Part shown: piece by piece, positions 24,708 to 35,220 of the stretch
How positions within the stretch are numbered: position 1 is the first letter of the stretch
Layout of the letters: every line of letters starts with the position of its first letter
From: Pholidichthys leucotaenia
Lineage: Eukaryota
Reading direction: 5' to 3'
Assembly: GCA_020510985.1 (NCBI GenBank)
Contig: CM035838.1
Span: 342,451,700-342,515,699, forward strand
DNA length: 64,000 nucleotides
Program-made: the position numbers and the translations under genes
The notes under the pieces: generated by a model
Databases searched by the model: none
Told to the model about the DNA's origin: nothing
What the model saw: the letters and a program-made list of their open reading frames with translations, nothing else

Positions 24708-26655
24708 GAGGGAGTGAATTGAGTCGAAAATACGGCGGCGCCATGTGGCTGGGACTAACGGGCAAGGTCGGCCGGTTGAAATATCGCATATTAGGGGGGG
24801 GCACGCCGTCGCGTAAGCCCCTTTCCTCCAGCCTTAACCCTGTTGGTCCAGACAGGAGTGCGCGCACGTCCGCGTCACTGCTTTGTTCCTCTGCCATGGC
24901 TGCATAATCTATCCCTGCATGGATAGGTGCTGCGTATGTGTCCGCGTTAGTGAAGAGTTCTGCGGCTGAGGCAGTATAATCTGTCTCCTCGTGCTCTGGC
25001 GATGTCACAGTGTGAGAGAGGCAGTCTGCTACCACGTTAAGTTTGCCTGCCACTTGTCGAATGTCTGTGGTGAACTCTGAAATCGCAGCCAGCTGTCTTT
25101 GTTGCCTGCCTGACCATGGTTCTGAAAGTTTAGCCATTGCAAAGGTGAGCGGTTTGTGGTCTACAAAAGCCGTGAAACTCCGCCCTTCTAACCAGAACTG
25201 GAAGTGGCGGATGGATAAATGAAGCGCTAGCAGCTCCCTGTCAAAAGTGCTGTACTTACGCTCAGTTTGGTTTAGCGTTTTGCTGAAGAATGCCAAAGGT
25301 TGCCAGATCCCGCTGACATGTTGTTCTACAACTGCCCCTATAGCTAGGTCCGAAGCGTCTGTGGTTAGTGCAATGCGGGCCGAGGGATCGGGGTGAACTA
25401 ACAATGTGGCATTAGCTAGAGCGCTCTTTACTTCCGCGAAGGCGTGTTCGTGCTCCGGGGTCCATTCGACCGCGTTGGAAGCTTTCTGTTTTCTGAGCGC
25501 GTCATATAAGGGCTGCATGAGCTGAGCTGCGTGGGGGAGGAAACGGTTGTAAAAATTAACCATTCCTAAAAATTCTTGCAGCGATTTGACCGTTTGTGGC
25601 CGTGGGAAATTTTTTATCGCGTGAACTTTGTCTGGAAGTGGAACTGCCCCTTTCAGAGAAACTCTGTGTCCTAAAAAATCAATTTGCGATACGCCGAATT
25701 TGCATTTGGCTGGATTGATTATTAACCCGTGCTCTTCTAGTCTCTGAAAAACCGTGGTGAGGTGCTGCTCGTGTTCTTCCTCAGACGAGCTGGCTACCAG
25801 CATGTCGTCGAGGTAGACGAAAACAAAAGGAAGGTCGCGTAATACTGCGTCCATCATCCGCTGAAAAGTTTGAGCAGTGCCTTTGAGGCCGAAAGGCATC
25901 CGCAAAAATTCAAAAAGGCCGAAAGGGGTTATTACCGCTGTTTTAGGAATGTCCTCTGCTCGAACTGGGACTTGATGATAACCGCGGACCAGGTCTATTT
26001 TTGAAAAAATGCGCGCACCCGCCAGATGCAGTGAAAAATCCTGAATGTGAGGAATTGGGTAGTGGTCATGCGCTGTCGCATTGTTTAATCTGCGGTAATC
26101 TCCGCACGGTCTCCAAGAACCGTCGGATTTCGGAACCATGTGAAGTGGCGAGGCCCAGGGGCTCTTCGAGTGTCTAACAATGCCTAATTTTTCAAGGGTA
26201 GTAAACTCGTCCCGAGCTATGGTGAGTTTGGCCGCATCTAAGCGGCGAGCTTTGGCAAATACGGGTGGGCCCGTTGTGGGAATAAAGTGTTCAACCCCGT
26301 GTTTAGCCACAGTGGCTGAGAATTTGGGAATTGTGAGTGCTGGAAATTGGGTGAGGAGTTGCTCAAACTTACCTCCTGCCGTGGTGACGCTAGCCTGCAC
26401 CGGTGGTGGAGAAACTCGGGCTGAGCAGGGAATAGAAGCAAAGGACAGTGCATTAACCAAGCATCTATTCGCTAGATCAACTAATAACCCGTGTGCACAC
26501 AAAAAGTCTGCGCCCAACAAGTTAAAACTCACCACCGCTACAACAAATATCCATCTGTAGTTGAGGCCGTGGATGTGGAGGTGCAGGCTCTTTTCGCCAA
26601 AAGTGTCAATGCTGGAGCCGTTGGCTGCCACCGCTCCGTTGCCCCGGGTGCCCAT
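24679..26655 (-). CDS. Copy B protease, RT and RNase H (658 aa)
   Basis: '[12 protein letters not shown]', '[30 protein letters not shown]', '[12 protein letters not shown]', '[24 protein letters not shown]'. Confidence 0.85.
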   Translation of the reverse strand: MGTRGNGAVAANGSSIDTFGEKSLHLHIHGLNYRWIFVVAVVSFNLLGADFLCAHGLLVDLANRCLVNALSFASIPCSARVSPPPVQASVTTAGGKFEQLLTQFPALTIPKFSATVAKHGVEHFIPTTGPPVFAKARRLDAAKLTIARDEFTTLEKLGIVRHSKSPWASPLHMVPKSDGSWRPCGDYRRLNNATAHDHYPIPHIQDFSLHLAGARIFSKIDLVRGYHQVPVRAEDIPKTAVITPFGLFEFLRMPFGLKGTAQTFQRMMDAVLRDLPFVFVYLDDMLVASSSEEEHEQHLTTVFQRLEEHGLIINPAKCKFGVSQIDFLGHRVSLKGAVPLPDKVHAIKNFPRPQTVKSLQEFLGMVNFYNRFLPHAAQLMQPLYDALRKQKASNAVEWTPEHEHAFAEVKSALANATLLVHPDPSARIALTTDASDLAIGAVVEQHVSGIWQPLAFFSKTLNQTERKYSTFDRELLALHLSIRHFQFWLEGRSFTAFVDHKPLTFAMAKLSEPWSGRQQRQLAAISEFTTDIRQVAGKLNVVADCLSHTVTSPEHEETDYTASAAELFTNADTYAAPIHAGIDYAAMAEEQSSDADVRALLSGPTGLRLEERGLRDGVPPPNMRYFNRPTLPVSPSHMAPPYFRLNSLPRAPRCACLG

Positions 26656-26658
26656 GGC

Positions 26659-27294
26659 TCAATCTGCTTGGGAGGGCATGACGAAACTCAGTTGAGCTCC
26701 TGTGTCAATAAGGAACTGCTTGCCGGTGTGTCCGTCCGTCACATATAACAGCTTACTGTTCTCGCTGAGAACCGCTGCCGTTAACAGCTCTCGGCTTTGG
26801 CGTTTAAATTTGCAGGGGGGAACACATTTGTGAGCCTTCTCGACGCGAAGCGGTGGTGGTAATAACAAACATCGCTCCGTCTGTTACGTTTTGGCCGTGT
26901 CGCTGTCACCGTGGACTGGATCTGCTCCGTGGGTTGAGGCTCACCGTGTAAACTGGGCTTCAGCTTGTTGAAACCACGAGGCAGGGTCTTCCTGCCAGAA
27001 GTCCGGCAGCTTGACAGCAACAGCATTTGTGTAGACCATCACTGCTGTGTCCGCAGGGTGAGAATGCCTTGCCTCGGCTCTCTCAGCGGCGCTGGTGCTC
27101 GGTTGAGCCCTCTCTATCACTTCTGCCGGGGGGGAACGTCGTCCATCTGTTCGCCTGTCTGCGTGGGCGCCGGCGTCTGCCTGGGTCACCACAGATGAGT
27201 CGATCGCGGGGGAACGCCTCAGGTCCATACTCGCGTCAGGGGTCACCAGTGTAGAAGAGCTTGGAAGAACGAGGCGGTGTGATATATAAACCAA
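26659..27294 (-). CDS. Copy B gag (split across 2-3 frames)
   Basis: 'AVKLPDFWQEDPASWFQQAEAQFTR'; a Cys knuckle 'CYYHHRFASRR'; 'LLYVTDGHTGKQFLIDTGAQLSF' begins the protease. Confidence 0.7.
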
Positions 27295-27660
27295 AGTTTA
27301 TTATCAGTTCCTCTAACAAGTCTCATCTAAGTGCAGAAGCAGAAGCAAGAAAAGAGACCGAATACCTCCGGCTCTGTGAACTTATACTTGCACATAACAA
27401 AAGACATGCATATCAAAGGCTGACATCCCTCATTATCTTAATCCCCCCATTGTCTCCGTACTCCTCCTCATGGCCCTGGGGGGTGAGGGCAGCTCCTCCG
27501 GTCTCCACCGCAGTGTCTGGGAACGTCTTTGTTCTTCACTGGCGGTTGAGAGTCTTTGTCCTTTCTGAGGTGTGAAGTCGCCTTACATATGTAATCACCA
27601 AACATTCCCACATGCTTCAACATATGTAGGTTATGGAATATATGATTAATATAGCCCACA

Positions 27661-28750
27661 TATACATGCAATAAAGTGTAGAATAAGAGTGAGTAATACT
27701 AGTCAGCAGTTTAAATATATTAGCGAGCAGCAGATAATGTGGAGAACCATATAGTGCAGTCGGTAATGCAGGAAGAAAACAGTGATGAATGACATGAGTC
27801 TGATTGAGCTGCTGTACATAGTGCACGAGAGTCAATAAGTCACTTAGTGTTCAGCAGTCTGATGGCAGAGGGGAAGAAGCTGTTCATGTGACGGGAGGTT
27901 TTAGTCTGGATGGACCAAAGTCTTCTACCTGAGGGGAGAGGGGCAAACAGTACGTGACCAGGGTGTGAGGGATCGGCTATGATCCGGCCAGCACGCCTCC
28001 GGGTCCTGGAGATGTACAGATCCTGGAGAGATGGGAGCTTGCAGCCGATCACCTTCTCAGCAGTGCGCACGACGCGCTGCAGCCTTAGTCTGTCCCTGGC
28101 AGTGGCTCCTGCGTACCACACGGTTATGGAGGTGGTGAGGATGGACTCGATGATGGCTGTGTAGAACTGCACTAACATCTTGGTGGGTAGCTTGAGCTTC
28201 CTCAGCTGCCGCAGGAAGAACATCCTCTGCTGGGCCTTTTTGATGAGGGAGCTGATGGTCGGCTCCCACTTGAGGTCCCTGGTGATGGTGGTGCCTAGGA
28301 AGCGGAAGGAATCAGCAGTGGTGATGGAAGAGCCTGTGAGGGTGAGGGGGGGCAGAGGGGTTGTGACTTTCCTGAAGTCCACAGTCATCTCCACTGTCTT
28401 CAGAGCGTTCAGCTGCAGGTTGTTGTTGTTGCACCAGGACGCCAGCTGGGCCACCTCTCTCCTGTAGGCGGACTCGTCGCCGTTGGAGATGAGCCCGATG
28501 AGGGTGGTGTCGTCCGCAAACTTGATCAACTTGACAGACTGGTGGCTGGAGGTGCAGGAGTTGGTATAAAGGGAGAAGAGTAGGGGGGAAAGTACACAGC
28601 CCTGGGGTGATCCGGTGCTGATGCTAGCAGAGTCTGAGACAGTCTTTCCCAGCCGCACATGCTGCCTCCAGTCCGTCAGGAAGTTGGTGATCCATCTGCA
28701 AAGGGAGTCAGGCACGTTGAGCAGGGACAGCTTGTCCCGGGACAAATTCT
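27661..28750 (-). mobile_element. Rex1/Babar-like LINE 3' half (RT C-terminus plus 3' UTR), 5'-truncated, inside element X
   Basis: ORF 27840..28745: 'GSPQGCVLSPLLFSLY', 'FADDTTLIG', '…NSFFPSAIRLLNTK'. Confidence 0.75.
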
Positions 28751-29271
28751 AGTGACAAGGGACAAATTCTAGTGATGCATTTTGGAATGGCCTATATCTG
28801 TGGATGATATTTTGCCATGATAGCAATTCCAAAGTAGTAGCTTAGTCATAGCTATCAGGCATTGAATATGATGCCCCATAAATCACAAAATCTGAGGCTG
28901 CGAATTTTTGGAATGATAATACCAACACATATTTACCCTATTAATGAGCAGTTACTTGTTATTACAGCATATCTGAGATACAAATAAAGCACAAAAAACA
29001 ATTTTGACAGTTGGTATTGTAATACTGTGGCATTGCAAAGCACTTCCAATAGAGTACTATAGCGGCTAGTATTAGTCTGTGTCCGAATCATCTATTGCTG
29101 CTTCTTCATAATTGCAGAAGTGAATGTTATTAGAGGATATCTGAGATACAAATGAAGCACAGTAAACAGTTTTAACAGTAGATTAATGCATAATTATTGT
29201 AGGATTACAAAGTAGTCTCCTAGCAAAAGAGTAGTATTCCATTACAGTACTGTAACAGGTAACTAGTAGAT

Positions 29272-30942
29272 CTATTCATCTGTGTCCGAATCATCTGCTA
29301 CTTCATAAGCTTCGCCATCTTCATCTTCTTCCCTCTGGTTGCTGCAGGTCTGCAGTTTGCACATGTATGTGCATTTCAGCTGGTTCATCAGGCACACACA
29401 GTCTGGAAGTTTACAGACGCGGACACATTTGCATGACAGCAACTGCAACACGGCCTCTGGCGCGGGTGATCCACGCATCCACTCAATGGTCAGGTTGTCT
29501 TCCTCATCTGTTGTCCACCCACAGCTCTTTGGGTTGGGACAACAGGTTCCCTCTCAAGGCGGCACCGCCATATCGCAGCCTGGTAGTTGGCCCAAAGCAC
29601 ATGCATGTGCAAACAGTCCTTGCATGGTGGCAGCTGGCTGGACTCCACATCTCCCCGTTTTGCATAGAAGAGGTGGTAGCGGAGATCACTGACATTGCGT
29701 ATGGTGGAGGAAGATTCATACATGCTTCATTGGCTTCACCTTACCATTGGTAATGGCATATACCAAGTCCTGGCCAAATGAGCTGCAGAGATGCTGGATT
29801 CTGTCAGATGGGTTTGAGCGGTCTGTTGAGCCTGTCAGCAGTGTGTTCAGGAACCTGGTCACTGAAGAAGGAATGACCGCATGTTCCGACATCTGAGGTG
29901 GCCATGACTGTCTGTAGTCTTGCTTCTTGATGTCACCTCTCATCTGCAGTGCTGCCTTGTCGATGATGTCCTCACTCCTGTCTGATTCCATGAGTTGCAC
30001 CTTTCTCTGGAGTATTTGGTATGCCTTAACAAGCTCTGGCATAGAAAGGCTGTTGGGATACACAAGTAGTTTCCCATTGTCATCTTGAGTGATTTGCAGG
30101 GCTTCTCCAAACTCAGCTACCAGTTTGCGTCGGATGTGTTTCTTGGTCGAGGCTTTCACTGTTTCCACTCCAAGAGTAACCATGCCCTCGACCAGTCTGG
30201 CTGTGAGGTTGGTCATTGGCACCACATCAGGGTTGACAAACAGTTCTTCTCTTACGTAAGAGAAAAGGTCATTGTATGACTGTTGCTCTGCAGCTTCATA
30301 CTCAGCATCAGTATCAGTTGGAGCAGCACTGGCACCTTTTCCACTGTCCTGTGTGGTGGTGCTTGAATCCTGTGTGTACTCACGGTAGCAAGTCCGGTGG
30401 TAATGACCTTCCGCTGCCACGAGGTCTCTGCTGACGATGGCAAGCATTCTGTTGTCCAGTTTACTGACAGCAGCCTTTCGGACTTTCTCATCGGCACGCA
30501 GTTCAGTGCACTGGACCAGAGGATCTCTAGTCCTATCTCCTTTCAAGTACTTGCTGGTCTTCTCACAGAAGATGCACTCTGCCTCATAAACCCTTGACTG
30601 AGATGGTGCTGGCCTCTGTGACTTTTTTCTTTCCGTTGAGCTTTTGTTTTCTTCTGTGCGCCTCTGCTTGGAAATTATAGCATCGAGGTCCCTTTTCATG
30701 GTGAAAATGCTTCGGCATTTCCGGTGGTAGGCCACAGCTGGTATGGCATCATCTGGCAATCCTTTTGCTAGGTCCAGGATCGGAGCATGCTGTCTTATTT
30801 CAGCGGCTCTCAGCAGGGTTTTCCAGGAGTTGATGTCCTTTGGAGATACTAGTTCTTCATCTGAAGATGAGCAATGGATTATGCAATCAAGGCGTGCGCG
30901 CTTGGGTGCCGTGCCACTCCCTGCTTCTTGGGTGGAATCCAT
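29272..30942 (-). CDS. Unclassified ~550-aa protein-coding region inside element X (408-aa ORF, then 77-aa and 68-aa ORFs after apparent frameshifts)
   Basis: Two modules C-x2-C-x~50-YHR-x-C ('CIIHC…AYHRKCRSIF' and 'CIFCEK…HYHRTCYREY'). An acidic/serine linker. The C-terminal region 'LFYAKRGDVESSQLPPCKDCLHMH' and the CXC-like cluster 'CKCVRVCKLPDCVCLMNQLKCTYMCKLQTC'. No DDE, RT or tyrosine-recombinase motifs recognised. Confidence 0.45.
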
Positions 30943-33491
30943 TTTCAGTTAGGTACATTCATCCAGACCTGCAATGACACCAGGTACTGGTAAATTATCT
31001 CATGTAATTAATTGCATCAATTGAAATTGGCATTGAAATTACTTATTCTTGTCTATAAAGTTGTACACTATTATTCTGGTTTCGTTTTTAATTAAATGTT
31101 GCGATCCTCCAGAACTCCAGTTTCTTTTGGCACACTATAAAAGATAACATTTAATTAATTTTCTTAACTAAGTGATAACCAAAATAAGTCTTAAATACAC
31201 ATTTATATTGACTTGCCTCGCGGCGCTCCACTGGAATGCGAAAATGTGCTGAAATCAAAAATAAATCGTACTTTCTCCCTCAAGAAAAACCTGAAAAGTA
31301 GAAACTGAAAAAAAATTAATATTGGAAACTATCCAAGGTCAATTTCTATTAGCATTTTGTACAGTAAAAGGGAGAATAATTCAGAAATACCAGCATGTGA
31401 TATTAGGCGTCATGATAATTTTACTTAAAAAAAGGAGGTGCCGTGTATCATGACTAAGCTACTCATTTGGAAATGCTATCATGCCTTAATACACATATAT
31501 AGGTCCTACAAACAAAATGGCACCATAGAGGTTTTGTCCCTTTTAGTGGTACCAATATCTGACTCGGCCCATGGACTATACACAGGAAAAGCATGACTCA
31601 ATACACCATGGGTTCTCCTTTTGTACAAACCGCTCATCTCACATTTGCATGACATTTAACATCACAATACATTCATCCTTTCTCACCCCAACTCCTTCTT
31701 CCTGCTATCTCACCATGATCTCCCTAGCTATTGTTCTCCTCTGTTTACCCTCTGCATCCAGTCTGAGATGATTAACCCAGTCTCTACACCTCTCTATAAT
31801 GCCATCTCAGGTTCATATCATCTCTAATGTCAATATACCACTGTCCCACTATAGTCACCCAGGGAATTTAAATTTTCATTCTTCTTGTTTCCTCTAGTTA
31901 TTCTGTGGTTTGGTCTGTGTTATTACCTCATTAGTATCGTTGTGTACCTATTACCTTGGCATCGGAGAGCAGAGTAAGAATTTTATTGCTCAGGAAATGT
32001 TGCATTTCTTAATTGTGCACATGATAATAAGGCCTTTGAATCTTTGAATCTTATTGTGGCTAGTCATACAGTGACAAAAGTGATGGTAAGACACCACGCG
32101 TAATTACTATGGACGGAGAAACCATGAGAGTTAAGCAGTGTCCTGTAGTAGACCAACATGTCAACTGGCCATATAGCGGCTTGTAACATTTCAGTTTGGG
32201 TGAAAAGTTTTGCTGGACGTTACTAGGAAAGGAAGCCTAGCAGACAGCTAGCATCTACAGCAGACTGAGTCACCATTCACCTGTCATCCAAAAGCCATGT
32301 TCCTGAAAATACAAACCTCAATTCCAATGAAGTTGGGACATTGTGTAAAATGCAAATAAAAACAGAATACAATGATTTGCAAACCCTTTTCAATCTATGT
32401 TCAGGATATTTAAAGTTAAAACTATTGTTTTTTGTTGTTGTTTATTTTTGTTTTGTTTTGTTTTTTTAATATTCACTTATTTTGAATTTGATGCCTGCAG
32501 CACATTCCAAAAAAGCCAGAACAGGGGAAGAAAAAGACTGGGAAAGTTGAGTAATGCTCCAAAAACATCTTTTTGGAGCATTCCACAGGTGAACAGGTAA
32601 ATTGAAAACAGGTGAGTGTCATGACTGAGTATAGAAGGAGCATCCCTGAAAGGCTCAGTCATTCACAAGCAAGGATGGGATGAGGTTCACCACTTTGTAA
32701 ACAACTGCATAGGCAAATAGTCCAGTAGTTAATTTAGGGATTTCATCATCTACAGTCCATCAAAAGATTCAGAGATCTTGAGAAATGTCTGCACATAAGC
32801 AGCAAGGCCCAAAACCAACATTTAACGCTTATGACCTTCGATTCCTCAGGCAGCACTGCATTAAAAACCAACATCATTCTGTAAACAATGTGGGCCACCT
32901 GGGCTCAGGAACACTTCTGAAAACCATTGTCAGTTAACACAGTTCATCGCTACATCTACAAGTGCAAGTTAAAACTCTACCATGCAAAATGAAAGCTATA
33001 TATCAACAACACCCAGAAACGCTGTCTATATGGCTCTGGGCCTGAACTCATCTGAGATGGACTGACAAAGTAGAAAAATGTGTTGTGGTCTGACAAGTCC
33101 ACATTTCAAATTGTTTTTGGTAATCGGGGACGTCGTGTCCTCGGGGCTAAAGAGGAAAAGGAGCATCCAGATTCACTTAAGGGCCTTTTCCACTAGCCTC
33201 GCTTAGCCCTACACCGCACCACTCAGCCCGCGTTTGAGCATTTTCCATTAGCCCCAGCACCGGTTAGCAGGCGCTATTTTAGTACCTGATCCAGGGCAGG
33301 GTCTAACTGAGCTGAGTAGGGCTGAGTATGGCTGTGATGTGACTTTAACAGACTGGTCGCCGCTGATTGGTCAGGTCGTAACGTCACGAAAGCGACTTTT
33401 TCTGCTGAATCTACTACACCACCGCCATTTGTAGTTGTTCAGCCAGTGAACACAGTGCGCCCCTTTAATACAGTATTTTCACACTCTGAAG

Positions 33492-35220
33492 ATGTCTTCT
33501 CGTAAGGCTATCCCCTGGTCAAACGAGGAGGTGCGCAATTTTCTTTCTATATTAGCCGACGATCGCATCCAGCGCGAGTTGGACGGATCTACTCGAAATG
33601 AAAAAATATACCAGCAGGTGTCCGGGCAGATGGGTTCCCAAGGGCACATCCGTACTGCCAGACAGTGTTGGGAGAAGCTGAAAAAGCTGAAAAGCGATTA
33701 CCGAGCAGTGAAGGACCACAATGCTCGAAGTTCAGCGGATCGGAAGGAGTGGAAGTGGTTCCCTGAGAGACATTGGGCTCGACACGGCCTTGGAAACCGT
33801 GGATGGTGAGTGTTGTTTTGATATTGCGCGTCTTTTCGCCAATTTATCCTTTCTGTGCCAAGCTCACTGTTTTTAAGAAATAGGAAGGTTGTTAGATTGT
33901 GGGTAATGGTTGTTACTGAGGCTTGCCTATTGTTTTGCAGCCAACTGCAGATTCACGCTTGCTTTGTGTTAAGTATTAGCGCAAACAAAACGCTGAATTA
34001 CGCTTATTGTATTCCGGTTAAAAACTTTAGAGTGTTGTGTACATGTTGCACTTTGGTGTTAAGTTTTAAATTGCGTGCATTTTCTTTCTAGAATCGCAGT
34101 TCATATCACAGGGGTCCACCTCAGTGGACATGGACACACCGGACTCTCCTGCGTCTGCCTCTGCCTCTGCGTCTGCCGGAGCACCAGCTGGATCGACTCC
34201 GATGTCAGCCACATCACCAGCTCCATCTGGATCATGTTCAAGTGCTGGTAAGGCACAATAACCACGATTTTTTTTTTTTGTTGAAACAGGTCCAGCGGAA
34301 ACCAGGGTCGAAAATCCATCCATTCATCCATCCATCTTCTACCGCTTAATCCTTTACGGGTCGTGGGGGGGCTGGAGCCTAACAAGTTATGTACCAAATT
34401 GATTAATGCAATTTCCTGTAGCTGCATATTAATTAATTGAAAATGTCTTTTTAAATCTACAAAAAGGTTATTCTTTGGTCTTCACTTATTATCGGTGTTC
34501 AACAACCCAGTCCCATTTTTAGGTGTGGTGATTGAAGTGCTGTTGTAACTCCTGTTTTTAGAAAAACAAATAAAGCTCATGAACTGCCGTTGAAATCAAC
34601 ATGCTTCATTGAAATGCTTCGCGTCAGCTGACTGTATTAACCCATTCAGATTTCTGCGGCCACACTACAAGCAACTATTTTAAACATTACCCATCCATCC
34701 ATCCATATTCTTAATCTTAATCCTTTTTAGTTTTGCAGGGTGGCTGCAGCCGAAGACAGCACCCTGCGTGTTGCAAAATCCGCTCTACTGAGGGGCAGCA
34801 ACATGACAGTTCAGCAATGAAGCATAATATAATAGTGACATTCCACCACAGACTTTCACCAGTGTAATTCCATAATATATGTAGTGATCCAGCTTTAACA
34901 ACCATGCCTTTCTGTCTTTCAATGTAGCCAAGAGGAAAAGGAACAACTCCATCGCTGACCTTACATCAGCGATGGTCAACATGCATGACGAGGAGATGCG
35001 GCTCTTGGAACGGCAACATGACCAGCGGCAAGAACACCATCAGGAGTACATGCAGCATTTGCGACAGGTGGCCGCAGATGTGCAGGCAGATGCGCATGAA
35101 GCCCTGGAGCAGGACACTGTGTTACGAAGGGAAGAGCTCGCAGAGATGTCATCATTCAACAGAGATTTCCTGACCCTATTTGGCAGGCTTGTGGACGCAT
35201 TTAGCAGTTGGCATGTCTAA
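33492..35220 (+). CDS. Harbinger-type Myb/SANT-like (MADF/trihelix-like) DNA-binding protein gene, probably 3 exons
   Basis: Exon 1 (33492..~33806): 'PWSNEEVRNFLSILADDRIQRELDGSTRNEKIYQQVSGQM…ARQCWEKLKKLKSDYR' with a GTGAGT donor. Exon 2 (~34100..34249) is Ser/Ala/Pro-rich. Exon 3 (34930..35220) has a KRKRN nuclear localisation signal and a coiled C-terminus 'MVNMHDEEMRLLERQHDQRQEHH…' with a TAA stop. Exact splice phases are unresolved. Confidence 0.55.
34316..34390 (-). repeat. L2-clade LINE 3'-tail fragment in the intron
   Basis: 'ccatccatcttctaccgcttaatcctttacgggtcgtgggggggctggagcctaac' matches the tail of the nested L2 at 15969. Confidence 0.6.
34690..34800 (-). repeat. Diverged L2 3'-tail fragment
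   Basis: 'cccatccatccatccatattcttaatcttaatccttt…gcagggtggctgcagcc'. Confidence 0.4.

Larger units (their letters stand above)
22936..27660 (-). mobile_element. LTR retrotransposon copy B (Gypsy-like), complete and young
   Basis: 410-bp LTRs (22936..23346 and 27250..27660) with TG…CA ends and roughly 2 mismatches. TSD TATAC at 22931-35 and 27661-65. PPT 'gggggggggggc'. PBS 'TGGTGACCCCTGACG'. Confidence 0.85.
22772..31578. mobile_element. Element X: 8.8-kb TIR-bounded composite DNA element of unknown superfamily, inserted into the 5' LTR of copy A
   Basis: Perfect 13-bp TIRs 'TAGTCCATGGGCC' / 'GGCCCATGGACTA', extendable to about 40 bp with a gap. The target site is reconstitutable from the split LTR ('cagtca|TAC|acagg'). 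The TSD is TAC (or TA). Contents: a Rex1 LINE fragment, Gypsy copy B, and an unclassified ORF set at 29272..30942. Confidence 0.6.
18370..31798 (-). mobile_element. LTR retrotransposon copy A (Gypsy-like; BEL/Pao not excluded), full length; its 5' LTR is split by the 8.8-kb element X
   Basis: 3' LTR 18370..18657; 5' LTR 22702..22771 and 31579..31798, together about 290 bp with TG…TA ends. TSD ATGC at 18366-69 and 31799-802. PPT 'ggcggggggggggggg'. PBS 'TGGTGACAATTTG'. Confidence 0.8.

Noticed and set aside
31803-32309. Continuation of the Rex1 LINE 3' UTR beyond the copy-A insertion
   Set aside because: It is plausible, but I could not identify a LINE tail or terminus in this stretch, so I left it unannotated.
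33806-34108. Exact exon1/exon2 splice phase of the Myb/SANT gene
   Set aside because: Several AG acceptors (34090, 34098, 34104) give different frames. Two frames stay open through exon 3. This cannot be resolved without transcript data. I reported the gene with uncertain internal structure.
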